The notes under the pieces: generated by a model
What the model was told of the DNA's origin: nothing
Seen by the model: only the letters and a program-made list of their open reading frames with translations
Database searches by the model: none
Sequence record: MN153797.1
Reading direction: 5' to 3' (one strand)
Origin: Tunavirus T1
Length of the DNA: 48,822 bases
Shown: positions 1 through 8,395 of the stretch, piece after piece
Numbering within the stretch: position 1 is the first letter of the stretch
How the letters are laid out: each line of letters starts with the position of its first letter
Position numbers and translations under genes: made by a program

Positions 1-448
1 GTTGCATGGTGTGCAACTGTTGATGTGATTGTTTCTTAGAATGCAATGATTGTGAGAGGGGGGATCTAGTGTTACCAGGTTCGCCTGGTAGTCATCTCCA
101 TTTTTAGCAAAAAGTGCTATCGATTACGATTACGCTTGATTGCGTGTTAATCATTGTATATGATTTGCCTAAATCGCAATCGTATACAAAATTACGCCAA
201 ATTACGCCTTATAATATACATATAGATATATGTATATATATAATATATAAGTGTTTTTTTTATTTATATATATAGATACTATTATTTGTAATATGGTTGT
301 ATAGCGTGTCTTTTATGTTAATCGTTGGATGCTCTGATTATGATGCTCATGTTTATATATACAGTAGTTTTATCGGCGCATATTTATTTAGGGAAATCGA
401 TTAACACGATTAACACGATTAACCACACTTAAAATCGCCCCGCAGACC
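1..448. promoter_or_regulatory. Non-coding AT-rich control region with short direct repeats; candidate pac/ori/early promoter region
   Basis: No RBS-led ORF; cgattacg x2 (121-135), aattacgcc x2 (192-209), cgattaacac x3 (399-430), 6-bp-arm palindrome gttgca..tgcaac at 1-17, GTGTAAC-type motifs at 67-73, 473-481, 493-500. Confidence 0.45.
105..119 (-). promoter_or_regulatory. TAGCA-N5-TGCTA box, minus orientation, followed by hairpin accagg-cgaa-cctggt (71-93); no -10 at the usual offset
   Basis: ttagcaaaaagtgcta read on + strand; hairpin read directly. Confidence 0.4.
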
Positions 449-538
449 TTGACACATGCGGGTCGTCGTGTAACACTACGATTAGAGACACGGTGTTACA
501 TGTTAATCATGGTGTATATTGAAACTAAGGAGAAAGCT

Positions 539-1114
539 ATGAGTTCTTACCAGTCAGACGCAGTACAGGCAGCAATCAAGGCAGCTTACGAGAAGGCCGG
601 AGTAACGGTTGAGCAGCGACCGGAGGCAAAAGTGACCGATGTTATCCGGGCCGCCTGCGATAAGCTTTATGGTGATGGCGAGAATACCGTGTTCACATTC
701 GACGCGAATAAGATGGCTGAGGCCGCAGCAAGAAAGTCGATGCCAGACGCTGACGAACATGATGTTGCCAAAGGCGCCGAGTCCTGGTTGCTCGGGAAGA
801 CGGATGAGATTAACGAGAAGTTTAAATCCTCATTCATCACCCCGATCGTTTCTCGACACTTCTCCAAGATCGGCAAGTCGGTCAAGGTGAGCGTGACCAT
901 GAACGATGAGAAGTTGCGAGTCGTTACTATCTCAGTGAGTGACGAAGAAGTTCCGGTGAAGAAGCGCCGCAGCCGGAAAAAAGTCAGCCTGGCTGATTGT
1001 CTGGATTCGTTTGTTCCTGATGTTGATGATCTTGAGAAAGGCGACGTTACTGTAAGCACCGTGCGCGACCTGGTTCGCCAGATGAAAGCGCATATCGAAA
1101 AATGTGGACTGTAA
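539..1114 (+). CDS. hypothetical protein (basic KKRRSRKK patch)
   Basis: In frame with ORF 449..1114; ATG 539 preceded by AAGGAG at 526-531. Confidence 0.5.
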   Translation: MSSYQSDAVQAAIKAAYEKAGVTVEQRPEAKVTDVIRAACDKLYGDGENTVFTFDANKMAEAAARKSMPDADEHDVAKGAESWLLGKTDEINEKFKSSFITPIVSRHFSKIGKSVKVSVTMNDEKLRVVTISVSDEEVPVKKRRSRKKVSLADCLDSFVPDVDDLEKGDVTVSTVRDLVRQMKAHIEKCGL

Positions 1115-1126
1115 GGAGAAGTAATT

Positions 1127-1453
1127 ATGTTTAATATCAAACCATTAACAGAAGCAGAGAAACAGGCTCAGGCCAAGCAAACCGAAAACATCCAAGTGAT
1201 CGCTGATGCGCTGATTGGTAAGAGGTCAATCAAAATAAACCTCGACACTGTTGGTCAGTCATTTTTTACTAAAGGTTTGGATAAGTACGTTATAAATGTG
1301 AAGGCGAGAGACCTGGTGGCGAGAATTCAAAAGCTAAACAATCAAAAGCTAAAGCTCATCAAGGTCGAAGGCAACATGTGCGAAATTGAGAACCTCAGCG
1401 CACCAGACCCGAATAAGTGGGAAATCACCGATGTCGAGTTTATCGTAGAATAG
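1127..1453 (+). CDS. hypothetical protein
   Basis: ORF track; AAGGAG RBS upstream of ATG. Confidence 0.5.
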   Translation: MFNIKPLTEAEKQAQAKQTENIQVIADALIGKRSIKINLDTVGQSFFTKGLDKYVINVKARDLVARIQKLNNQKLKLIKVEGNMCEIENLSAPDPNKWEITDVEFIVE

Positions 1454-1493
1454 CACTTTTTGTTAAAACCGGATCGGGGTATCTTGCTATAGT
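1451..1493 (+). promoter_or_regulatory. Box-dependent promoter: tagcactttttgtta box + TGc-TATAGT (1488-1493)
   Basis: Box centre to -10 start = 30 bp; box TAG is the stop codon of the upstream ORF; -10 lies in hairpin ggggta..tacccc. Confidence 0.55.
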
Positions 1494-1531
1494 TACCCCA
1501 TCAAAACGAGATACCAATCAGAGGAATCACC

Positions 1532-1762
1532 ATGTCAATCGTCAAGAACCAGCAAGCCATCGATTCAACCAATAACAACCGCTTTGCTATTTTCATCACT
1601 CGCGACAACAAGCGATTTGCAGTAAAGGCCGTACCAGGTGGATACAAAACCTACATGGAAGATAACGGAAAGTGGGTGCGGTGCGACAACCTCGCAAACT
1701 TCTTGGTCTGGAACGCAGACCTGCAGGGATTCGATGACATCAGCACTTTAATTGAGGAGTAA
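1532..1762 (+). CDS. hypothetical protein
   Basis: ORF track; RBS gaggaa. Confidence 0.5.
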   Translation: MSIVKNQQAIDSTNNNRFAIFITRDNKRFAVKAVPGGYKTYMEDNGKWVRCDNLANFLVWNADLQGFDDISTLIEE

Positions 1763-1767
1763 TAATC

Positions 1768-1995
1768 ATGCCACGTTACAGCAACCTAACTCAACTAACC
1801 CGCGTCAACGGGCACATGATCCCGGCAAAATCCACTCACTACGCAATGGGAGCAAAGCACGGATTGTATTTCAAATGGCGCGGTCAATGGAACTTCACGG
1901 TTATTCGTAATTTCTACATTAGAGTTACAGGTGATGACCCGCAATCGGTCGTAGAGAACTCAATCGGCGACAACAAGATCGAGGTGCTGAAATGA
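1768..1995 (+). CDS. hypothetical protein
   Basis: ORF track; RBS gaggag. Confidence 0.5.
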   Translation: MPRYSNLTQLTRVNGHMIPAKSTHYAMGAKHGLYFKWRGQWNFTVIRNFYIRVTGDDPQSVVENSIGDNKIEVLK

Positions 1996-2098
1996 ACTTC
2001 AACATAATTGCTTTCTGGTCTGCCGTATGGTTCTTTTGCGTAGGTCATGTTGTGGTTGGAATCGTAATCATGTTGCTACTGTGTGCGGGAGCGTTCGA

Positions 2099-2272
2099 AT
2101 GATGCGGATTCTGATTTGCATGATGGCGGCGGTCGCCATGGCTATCCTGGTAGTGTCCGGCTGCGGCGAGGCCAGGGATAGCTGTCATGAAACCGGGAGC
2201 CAGGTTACTACTTTCGTGATGGTTGGCAACGTATTGCTACCAATAACATCAAATGAAATCACTTGCGAATAG
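2099..2272 (+). CDS. small putative lipoprotein (signal peptide MMRILICMMAAVAMAILVVSGC)
   Basis: Internal ATG of ORF 2027..2272 preceded by gggag; hydrophobic N-terminus ending in lipobox-like VSGC. Confidence 0.4.
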   Translation: MMRILICMMAAVAMAILVVSGCGEARDSCHETGSQVTTFVMVGNVLLPITSNEITCE

Positions 2273-2312
2273 CACTTTTTGTTAAAACTCAACTCCGGGG
2301 TTGCGATATAGT
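2270..2312 (+). promoter_or_regulatory. Box-dependent promoter: tagcactttttgtta + TATAGT (2307-2312)
   Basis: Centre to -10 = 30 bp; -10 in hairpin ggggtt..aacccc; box TAG = upstream stop codon. Confidence 0.55.
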
Positions 2313-2343
2313 AACCCCATCGACAACGAACGAGGACGCAAAC

Positions 2344-2832
2344 ATGAAAATTAAATTACTTAGCAATGGCGGTTACAAGGGATTCACCCGCGACCTGGAA
2401 GCTGACCCTATCGTGGTTGACGCGGTTAAGTGCGACTCAAGTACTGGAGGCTACCGCGTTAAGGTTGATGACCTTGTAAAAGCTGGCGTGTACGATCTTG
2501 ATTATGGCCTGTCGGTTAGCCCGGTATTTGGCCCAGCTGACTTCAACGAGAAAGACGGAACGATGTTCTTTTTTGATTGGGAAGTGAAGGCAAACATCAA
2601 GCCGCGCAAGGTTCGTCTTCTCAGCAATGGCGGCTACCCGATGCGACCAGGTTATGAGAATCGCACGTTCCCGGTTATCGTTGACTTCATTGGGACAACT
2701 GACAACTTGGTATACGTTAGCCATGAGCAACTTAAGGCAGTTGGATTCGTTGGCGGTATGAATAAAGAAGCGCTTTGCTTCTTCCATCGATGTCCAGAGC
2801 CGATCGGTATTGAGTGCGAGTTAGTATACTAA
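2344..2832 (+). CDS. hypothetical protein with internal duplicated motif K(I/V)(K/R)LLSNGGY
   Basis: ATG 2344 in frame with ORF 2263..2832, RBS gagga; repeat seen in translation. Confidence 0.5.
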   Translation: MKIKLLSNGGYKGFTRDLEADPIVVDAVKCDSSTGGYRVKVDDLVKAGVYDLDYGLSVSPVFGPADFNEKDGTMFFFDWEVKANIKPRKVRLLSNGGYPMRPGYENRTFPVIVDFIGTTDNLVYVSHEQLKAVGFVGGMNKEALCFFHRCPEPIGIECELVY

Positions 2833-2873
2833 GCACGAATTGTTAAAAGGGGATTTGGCCTGACTGGTATAAT
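2831..2873 (+). promoter_or_regulatory. Box-dependent promoter: aagcacgaattgtta + TGg-TATAAT (2868-2873)
   Basis: Centre to -10 = 30 bp; extended -10; hairpin ggggatt..aatcccc. Confidence 0.55.
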
Positions 2874-2903
2874 CCCCACATCAACCACTAATAGGAAAGC
2901 ATC

Positions 2904-3389
2904 ATGTTAAAATTAAAAGATATTCAGTTCCCTGTAGTATTTAACACTATTAGCTGCGGTAAAATAACCTGCCACAGCAAAGATCGCGCAACAGATTCAT
3001 CATTCAATGAGTGCCACCCGTCTATTGTTGGTAATCTTATTGAGCTTCATAACAATCACAATCCTGATAACATCCCATCTCTTCCATATTATGTTGAGGG
3101 AGTCGGGCCTGGTTGGAAGGTTGGTCGCTCCATCTTCCATGCAGCAAAGCCAGAAATCAAGCCAGCGCTACAATGCACTCAGATCGAGAACATGCCATTG
3201 AGCGCGACACTAAAAGGTGTCCAACTTGATAGCGAATCCTGGATCGAGATTACCGCCACGCCTAAAACTATTGAGGTACATGATGATGTGGTGATTCTCC
3301 TGTTGCATTACGGCAGCTTTAAGCACAAGACGGTATCAGGTGAAATCAGCATTAAGCGCGGAACTCTTGTCCGCTACGAGGTGAAATAA
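2904..3389 (+). CDS. hypothetical protein
   Basis: ORF track; RBS aggaaag. Confidence 0.5.
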   Translation: MLKLKDIQFPVVFNTISCGKITCHSKDRATDSSFNECHPSIVGNLIELHNNHNPDNIPSLPYYVEGVGPGWKVGRSIFHAAKPEIKPALQCTQIENMPLSATLKGVQLDSESWIEITATPKTIEVHDDVVILLLHYGSFKHKTVSGEISIKRGTLVRYEVK

Positions 3390-3538
3390 TGACTGCATGG
3401 GTCTTGATTATCTTGATGAGCAAAGGTCCGGATCACGTATACATGGAAAGTCAACAATCATGCAACAAGGCACGGGAAGTTATCGCAGAGAACAAGCCGT
3501 TCGGATATGAAGTAAAAACTATGTGCGTTAAACGATAG
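3389..3538 (+). CDS. small hypothetical protein (49 aa)
   Basis: ATG overlaps upstream stop (taATGa); stop TAG is first triplet of the next box; below ORF-track size cutoff. Confidence 0.3.
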   Translation: MTAWVLIILMSKGPDHVYMESQQSCNKAREVIAENKPFGYEVKTMCVKR

Positions 3539-3578
3539 CACGAATTGCTAAACCTTCCGCAAGGCCATTTGATATAGT
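3536..3578 (+). promoter_or_regulatory. Box-dependent promoter: tagcacgaattgcta + TGa-TATAGT (3573-3578)
   Basis: Centre to -10 = 30 bp; hairpin aaggcca..tggcctt. Confidence 0.55.
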
Positions 3579-3618
3579 GGCCTTATTGAAGCACGACAAC
3601 CAACTGGAGGTAAAATTT

Positions 3619-3993
3619 ATGAAATTCGAATGTATCAGCGATAACACCAAAAAATTTACTGTTGGCAAAATTTACGATGTTCCGACTGAGCACGCAGAGC
3701 AAACCGTAGCTCTGACCGACGACACGGGCCGCAACCGAATTGCAACCGTAACTCACAACGGTGAAGGTCTTCGCTGGAATAGCGGCGGCACTAAGTTCGC
3801 AACGTTCGACAAGAAGCGCAAGCGCACCTTCCGCGTCAACGGCAATGTTGCAGCTAACAAGATCCATAACGTCAAGCCGTCGGAAGTTGACCGCAAGCCA
3901 GCGCTGAAGTTTAAAGAGAAGGTGGATTTATTCAATCTTGCCGCCTCGCTTGTTCTCCTGGTCGCTGCTATTTCGCTGCTTTCCATCATGTAA
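3619..3993 (+). CDS. hypothetical protein with C-terminal transmembrane anchor
   Basis: Internal ATG of ORF 3577..3993 preceded by GGAGG; hydrophobic C-terminus LAASLVLLVAAISLLSIM. Confidence 0.5.
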   Translation: MKFECISDNTKKFTVGKIYDVPTEHAEQTVALTDDTGRNRIATVTHNGEGLRWNSGGTKFATFDKKRKRTFRVNGNVAANKIHNVKPSEVDRKPALKFKEKVDLFNLAASLVLLVAAISLLSIM

Positions 3994-4141
3994 TGCTAAT
4001 GGGGAATCGACTCTGAACGGTTCCCCTATCTTTTGGAGAAAACACTATGCCAGACTTTTCTAACTGGAATAACGAGCCGCCATCATTTCAGGAGTTGCTA
4101 TTCTGCCTCCTGGTCCTGACATTATCTCTTAAGGGTGTTTT

Positions 4142-4360
4142 ATGGCTACTATCATGACAGTAGAAGATGCAGCACGCGATGCAGTGGAAGGAATGCGCCC
4201 AAATACCTCCAGAATAGCACACTACTACAAATCTGAGGTGTCGGCAGTGCAATTGGTCCACGAAATTTTAAGGCTCCCACAAGTCGATTCAGCGCGCGTT
4301 GTGACGTGCTTAAAAAATTATTTTTGCATCACTATTAAAACGAATAGCACGAATTTCTAA
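4142..4360 (+). CDS. hypothetical protein
   Basis: ORF track only; 3' end runs through the next promoter box. Confidence 0.35.
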   Translation: MATIMTVEDAARDAVEGMRPNTSRIAHYYKSEVSAVQLVHEILRLPQVDSARVVTCLKNYFCITIKTNSTNF

Positions 4361-4388
4361 AACCTATCAAGGGGAATACGCTATGATT
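4345..4388 (+). promoter_or_regulatory. Box-dependent promoter: tagcacgaatttcta + TATGAT (4383-4388)
   Basis: Centre to -10 = 31 bp. Confidence 0.45.
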
Positions 4389-4417
4389 CACCTACACCAA
4401 CAAACGAGGAAGCGATC

Positions 4418-4864
4418 ATGAAACACTTAATCTGCATTGAAGCGCCTAACGATCAATACACCCTGCATGGACTTGGTGTGTTCAAAGGTCACTACATTAC
4501 CGCAGGAACTTACGATGCTCGTCGCGGCGATGGCGACCTAATGATTACGTCAAAAGAAGTAAATCCGTACATCATGCAGAATCTTGGCAATAACGAATAT
4601 ATGGCCTATGGCTGCAACGCGGTGTACAAGCACGTTAAGATCCGCAAGCGTGTTGTGCGTGCATTCAAGAAGATTGCAATTAAATACTGGAAAATGAGCA
4701 AGAAAGATGCCGGACGTTGGGCGCGCAACGTTGCAGATTCATACTTCTATCGTAACGGCGAATCCTGCTACTTCCTGATCGATGAACTTATGGAAAACTA
4801 CGGTGGCGACTTCAGCCAGGGTAGCTTTGATGACTGGGCCAACTATGAGATCAGTTGCTGGTAA
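4418..4864 (+). CDS. hypothetical protein
   Basis: ORF track; RBS gaggaag. Confidence 0.5.
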   Translation: MKHLICIEAPNDQYTLHGLGVFKGHYITAGTYDARRGDGDLMITSKEVNPYIMQNLGNNEYMAYGCNAVYKHVKIRKRVVRAFKKIAIKYWKMSKKDAGRWARNVADSYFYRNGESCYFLIDELMENYGGDFSQGSFDDWANYEISCW

Positions 4865-4907
4865 TAGCACGAATTGCTAAAACTTGCTCAAGGGCATTTG
4901 TTAGAAT
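4865..4907 (+). promoter_or_regulatory. Box-dependent promoter: tagcacgaattgcta + TGt-TAGAAT (4902-4907)
   Basis: Centre to -10 = 30 bp; hairpin aagggcat..atgccctt. Confidence 0.55.
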
Positions 4908-4947
4908 GCCCTTCGTTGAGTTAAGCAACCAATCAGAGGAATAAATC

Positions 4948-5478
4948 ATGGATAAAATCACAATTTGGGGCCAGACAATCAACCTGTTTCTCGGCACGCG
5001 CCGAGTGGCAATCTTTGACTTTGACGGGACACTTAGCGATGGATCTGGTCGACTTCACCTGCTGCCAACAAAGGATTTGCACTTGACTGAAAGCTGGTCT
5101 GAGTTTAACCGAGCGGCAATATTTGATAACCCAATCCAGAGCACGATCGATGTGATGAACTCTATGTTTGCCGCTGGGTATCATGTGATCATTTTAACCG
5201 GGCGAAGTGATGAGGTGCGTTACGCATCTGAGTTATGGCTTAAGCATCACGGCGCTCGATATGATTACTTAGTCATGCGACCGCATACCGACAACCGCAA
5301 AGACACGGTAATGAAAGAAGAGGCAGTGCGCGCTATCGGCATTGATAACATTCTTGCGGCTTGGGATGACTCAGTGAATATAATAAAAAAATTCAGAGAT
5401 CTAGGGATAACCACATATCAGGTTTGTGAATATGCCTGTGATAGTCGAGAGGATTTAAATAGTCATGGTGTCGATTGA
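4948..5478 (+). CDS. HAD-superfamily phosphatase (possible 5'-nucleotidase / polynucleotide 3'-phosphatase)
   Basis: N-terminal motif IFDFDGTL (DxDGT signature of HAD phosphatases); RBS agaggaa. Confidence 0.6.
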   Translation: MDKITIWGQTINLFLGTRRVAIFDFDGTLSDGSGRLHLLPTKDLHLTESWSEFNRAAIFDNPIQSTIDVMNSMFAAGYHVIILTGRSDEVRYASELWLKHHGARYDYLVMRPHTDNRKDTVMKEEAVRAIGIDNILAAWDDSVNIIKKFRDLGITTYQVCEYACDSREDLNSHGVD

Positions 5479-5959
5479 TAACAAATCAATGGTAAGAGAG
5501 TTATTTACTTATTCTGACGGCGTTCTGTATTGGAAGGCCAAATCATCTAAATACAGTAGAACTAAAATAGGAGGCGCGGCAGGAAGCAAGGATAAAGACG
5601 GATACATAATAATCAGAGTAAGAAACGAAACTAGAGGCGCTCACAGGCTTGTATGGATATACCATAATGGCAAGATACCTGATGGAATGGAGGTAGACCA
5701 TATGGATGGAGACATAACAAACAATAGAATAGAAAACCTAAGATTGGTAACGAGAACCATAAATAACAGGAATCAAAAAAAGAGATCTGATAACACAACC
5801 GGAGTATCCGGTGTAACTTTCATGAAAGATAGAGGAAAGTATATGGCGCAAGTTAGAAACAAGAGACTCGGGCAGTTCGACACAATAGAAGAGGCCGCCA
5901 AAGCAGTAAAGGATGAGCGGGATAGATTAGGTTTATTCACAAAAAGACACGGGGTGTAA
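5465..5959 (+). CDS. HNH homing endonuclease
   Basis: Motifs HRLVWIYHNG..DHMDGD..NNRIENLRLV and GVSGV; start overlaps upstream stop; paralogous to 42014..42496 and 46071..46610. Confidence 0.7.
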   Translation: MVSIDNKSMVRELFTYSDGVLYWKAKSSKYSRTKIGGAAGSKDKDGYIIIRVRNETRGAHRLVWIYHNGKIPDGMEVDHMDGDITNNRIENLRLVTRTINNRNQKKRSDNTTGVSGVTFMKDRGKYMAQVRNKRLGQFDTIEEAAKAVKDERDRLGLFTKRHGV

Positions 5960-5961
5960 AC

Positions 5962-6534
5962 ATGAAAACAGCTATCATTTTAAACGGCGCACCTGGTGCG
6001 GGAAAGGACACTATCGGATGCATCCTGGCTGACACTTACGATCATGTAGCGCTACGCAGCTTCAAAGCGCCAATGTTTGAGATTGCCCGAGCAATCCTGG
6101 GTGAGACTAATTTCGAGTATTTCATGTTCTTGTATGAGGACCGTCGCTATAAAGAAGAGCCAGCGTCAATCCTGAACGGTAAAAGCCCGCGCCAGTTTAT
6201 GATCTGGATTAGCGAGGAGGTCATCAAGCCGCAGTTCGGAAATCGCTTCTTCGGTATGCGAGCGGAAAGTAAGGTGAAAGAGTCGCATTCACTTTCGGTA
6301 TTTACTGACGGTGGATTCAAAGACGAGATCTTGCAGATGATTGAAGGTGACATCCAGGTCAAGCTGTGTCGAATCCATCGCAACGGTTGCAACTTTGACA
6401 ACGACAGTCGCGACTATATCTATCTTGACGATATGATCGGGGTCAACGGTTATCAGGAGTGTGACTTCTTTTCTGTCGAAGGCCATCCAGAAATTACCGC
6501 TCAGCACATAGCCGCCACGTTCATCAATAAATAG
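5962..6534 (+). CDS. P-loop nucleotide kinase (dNMP kinase-like)
   Basis: Walker A GAPGAGKDT at N-terminus; size and layout fit small (d)NMP kinases. Confidence 0.55.
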   Translation: MKTAIILNGAPGAGKDTIGCILADTYDHVALRSFKAPMFEIARAILGETNFEYFMFLYEDRRYKEEPASILNGKSPRQFMIWISEEVIKPQFGNRFFGMRAESKVKESHSLSVFTDGGFKDEILQMIEGDIQVKLCRIHRNGCNFDNDSRDYIYLDDMIGVNGYQECDFFSVEGHPEITAQHIAATFINK

Positions 6535-6574
6535 CACGAATTGCTAAAACGTCGGTGTGGTGATTTGATATAGT
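6532..6574 (+). promoter_or_regulatory. Box-dependent promoter: tagcacgaattgcta + TGa-TATAGT (6569-6574)
   Basis: Centre to -10 = 30 bp; box TAG = stop of kinase gene. Confidence 0.55.
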
Positions 6575-6606
6575 TACCTCATCGACAACGAAGAGAGAAA
6601 ATCGAA

Positions 6607-6816
6607 ATGATGGTATCAACTGATAAGTTTTTCACTTGCACCAAAACTTCTGAGGTATTCGAGCTGGTTCATACTGACAACGGTGATTTCATGCATGACG
6701 GTTGCGACGCTTTCATTGAAGTGAAAGAAAGCGACTATGACGACGGAGTTTATTACAACCCTGCGGTTAACACGCAGTTTTTTACCCCGATCGAAGAGGA
6801 AGGAGAAGAGGCATGA
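6607..6816 (+). CDS. hypothetical protein
   Basis: ORF track. Confidence 0.45.
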   Translation: MMVSTDKFFTCTKTSEVFELVHTDNGDFMHDGCDAFIEVKESDYDDGVYYNPAVNTQFFTPIEEEGEEA

Positions 6817-7157
6817 TCACGATTAACCTGTCAGATAAACAAGCGCGTGAAATACTAGACACTATCGGAGAACAGCTTCACGTAAAAGGCGATACCGCTG
6901 AGATTCTTAACCAGATCGAAAGACAGCTAACCCCTGTGTCGACGAATCAAGCTGAGTTCGCAGCATGGAAAAGCGAACGCATCCTGCCAAATATCATCAA
7001 GGCATGGAAGCGCAAGCATAAAAAAGAAATCAACGTTGAGGATTTATTTACCGATGAATTAAGTCCTTCAAATGTTGCTCAATACCAGTTGCGATACATG
7101 GAGTCGGTTTGCAATCAGGTTTTAGGTGTAAGTTTTTCATTCAAAGGTGATAAATAA
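6813..7157 (+). CDS. hypothetical protein
   Basis: ORF track; start overlaps upstream stop. Confidence 0.45.
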   Translation: MITINLSDKQAREILDTIGEQLHVKGDTAEILNQIERQLTPVSTNQAEFAAWKSERILPNIIKAWKRKHKKEINVEDLFTDELSPSNVAQYQLRYMESVCNQVLGVSFSFKGDK

Positions 7158-7387
7158 TGTTCGGTTTAAGCGAAGCGGAGTGGAATGTTGTAAAGCGTGC
7201 CGCGAAAGAATTAAACAAATTCGTCAGCGGAATGAAGAAAGAAGATCGGAAAAACGACAAGATTATGATTGACGTAATTTCGACTCACCATAAAAAGGTC
7301 GAACTACTCATTGACCGCTACAAATTTGTCTGGACTGCCGGGTATATTGCAGGGCGCGTAGGTAACAAAGAGGGGGATTATGAATAA
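7157..7387 (+). CDS. hypothetical protein
   Basis: ORF track; start overlaps upstream stop. Confidence 0.45.
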   Translation: MFGLSEAEWNVVKRAAKELNKFVSGMKKEDRKNDKIMIDVISTHHKKVELLIDRYKFVWTAGYIAGRVGNKEGDYE

Positions 7388-7590
7388 TGGCCAATTTACC
7401 AAAGAAAGGCGATCAGGTTCGATGTGTCACTTCACGCAATGGTAATGCTTTATCGGCGGGGTGCTTGTACGACGTAGAAAAAGTCAGTAAGTCAAAGAGG
7501 CTTGTATTCGTGTACGGCGACGATGGAAATCTGCATGAGATTGATTACCCGCAGGATGTAACTAATGGTCAATTCGAAATTAATGATTGA
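7387..7590 (+). CDS. hypothetical protein
   Basis: ORF track; start overlaps upstream stop. Confidence 0.45.
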   Translation: MANLPKKGDQVRCVTSRNGNALSAGCLYDVEKVSKSKRLVFVYGDDGNLHEIDYPQDVTNGQFEIND

Positions 7591-7754
7591 CCTAAATCCC
7601 TGAGCGGTGATAGTATTAATCCCGTAGACAGACGAGGCGCAACTAAGCGCAACGCGTGAGACGATTCTCACACTTCCAGCTAACAAGCTCGGTTGCATAG
7701 TGGTTAAGCAACGCCGCAGACCCGTAAGCGGCAACAATTCAAGAGGATTGCATA

Positions 7755-7916
7755 ATGCAAAAAACTAAAGACGAATCAGTCAAAATTGAAATTAAAGTAA
7801 CTCGCAACGGTGAAACCACTCGTTATAAAAAACAATTAAATCCTGGCGATGCTGTTATTGGTCGCATTGCTGGCGTTATGATTAAGGCGCAGGAAGATGA
7901 AGCGATTCAAAGTTAA
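7755..7916 (+). CDS. small hypothetical protein (53 aa)
   Basis: ATG 7755 preceded by aagagga; not in ORF track (under 60 aa). Confidence 0.4.
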   Translation: MQKTKDESVKIEIKVTRNGETTRYKKQLNPGDAVIGRIAGVMIKAQEDEAIQS

Positions 7917-8082
7917 ATTAATTATTCGAAAGATGGGAATGTTTTGCCAGTCGTGCAAGCAATCTTTCGAAGCTGAATTATCAGCAACCAGTCAGGATGA
8001 AGCCATCACGAAAGCAAAAAAACTTTCCGGCGCTAACCTTGACACTCACAAAATAAATATTGAATTAATCAAGGAGATTTAA
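7897..8082 (+). CDS. hypothetical protein, start uncertain
   Basis: ORF track; no clear RBS. Confidence 0.3.
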   Translation: MKRFKVKLIIRKMGMFCQSCKQSFEAELSATSQDEAITKAKKLSGANLDTHKINIELIKEI

Positions 8083-8083
8083 C

Positions 8084-8311
8084 ATGACAATTTTTTTATT
8101 AATTATCGCTGGTGTCATTATTTTTGGTGCTGGTTTGTTTGCTGGCTTCGCACTTGTGGCGGCAGCAATTGCGATGGACGCGAAGGATAAAACTGGTGTA
8201 TGGCTGACCTACTCACCTAAGAAGGACCAATGGGAAATGACTGGCGACCTTGCTCACTGCTATTCTAAAGCTAAGACCCACCATAAAGGCATTAAACGAC
8301 GATTGTCGTGA
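8084..8311 (+). CDS. small membrane protein (N-terminal TM helix)
   Basis: Hydrophobic stretch FLLIIAGVIIFGAGLFAGFALVAAAIA; RBS aaggag. Confidence 0.45.
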   Translation: MTIFLLIIAGVIIFGAGLFAGFALVAAAIAMDAKDKTGVWLTYSPKKDQWEMTGDLAHCYSKAKTHHKGIKRRLS

Positions 8312-8321
8312 TGAACACTAA

Positions 8322-8342
8322 CCCGCTCCGGCGGGTTTTTTT
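8322..8342 (+). terminator. Rho-independent terminator
   Basis: Hairpin cccgc-tccg-gcggg followed by T7 run. Confidence 0.65.
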
Positions 8343-8354
8343 ATGCCTGCAATA

Positions 8355-8377
8355 TGGTAAAATAGCACTAAATGTTA
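8355..8377 (+). promoter_or_regulatory. Extended -10 promoter (TGg-TAAAAT, 8355-8363) with box tagcactaaatgtta (8363-8377) over the predicted start site
   Basis: Read directly; precedes terminase small subunit gene. Confidence 0.45.
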
Positions 8378-8395
8378 AACAAAGAGGATGTATTT

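Noticed and set aside
449-538. Upstream TTG start at 449 for the first gene
   Set aside because: ATG at 539 has a proper AAGGAG RBS; the 449 TTG lies in the promoter-like region.
554-1140. Antisense and shadow ORFs from the six-frame track (for example 554..760 -, 667..1140 -, 3007..3201 +, 9126..9407 +, 19771..20039 -, 38022..38279 -)
   Set aside because: Embedded in or opposite to longer ORFs with RBS and coherent gene order; no RBS or motif support of their own.
1451-1493. Reading the box half-site TTGCTA/TTGTTA as a sigma70 -35 element
   Set aside because: Spacing to the -10 hexamer is about 22 bp in every copy, outside the 16-19 bp range; hence the box-dependent interpretation.
7591-7754. 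tRNA gene in the structured non-coding gap
   Set aside because: No acceptable cloverleaf: no T-loop consensus and no complementary acceptor stem could be built by hand.
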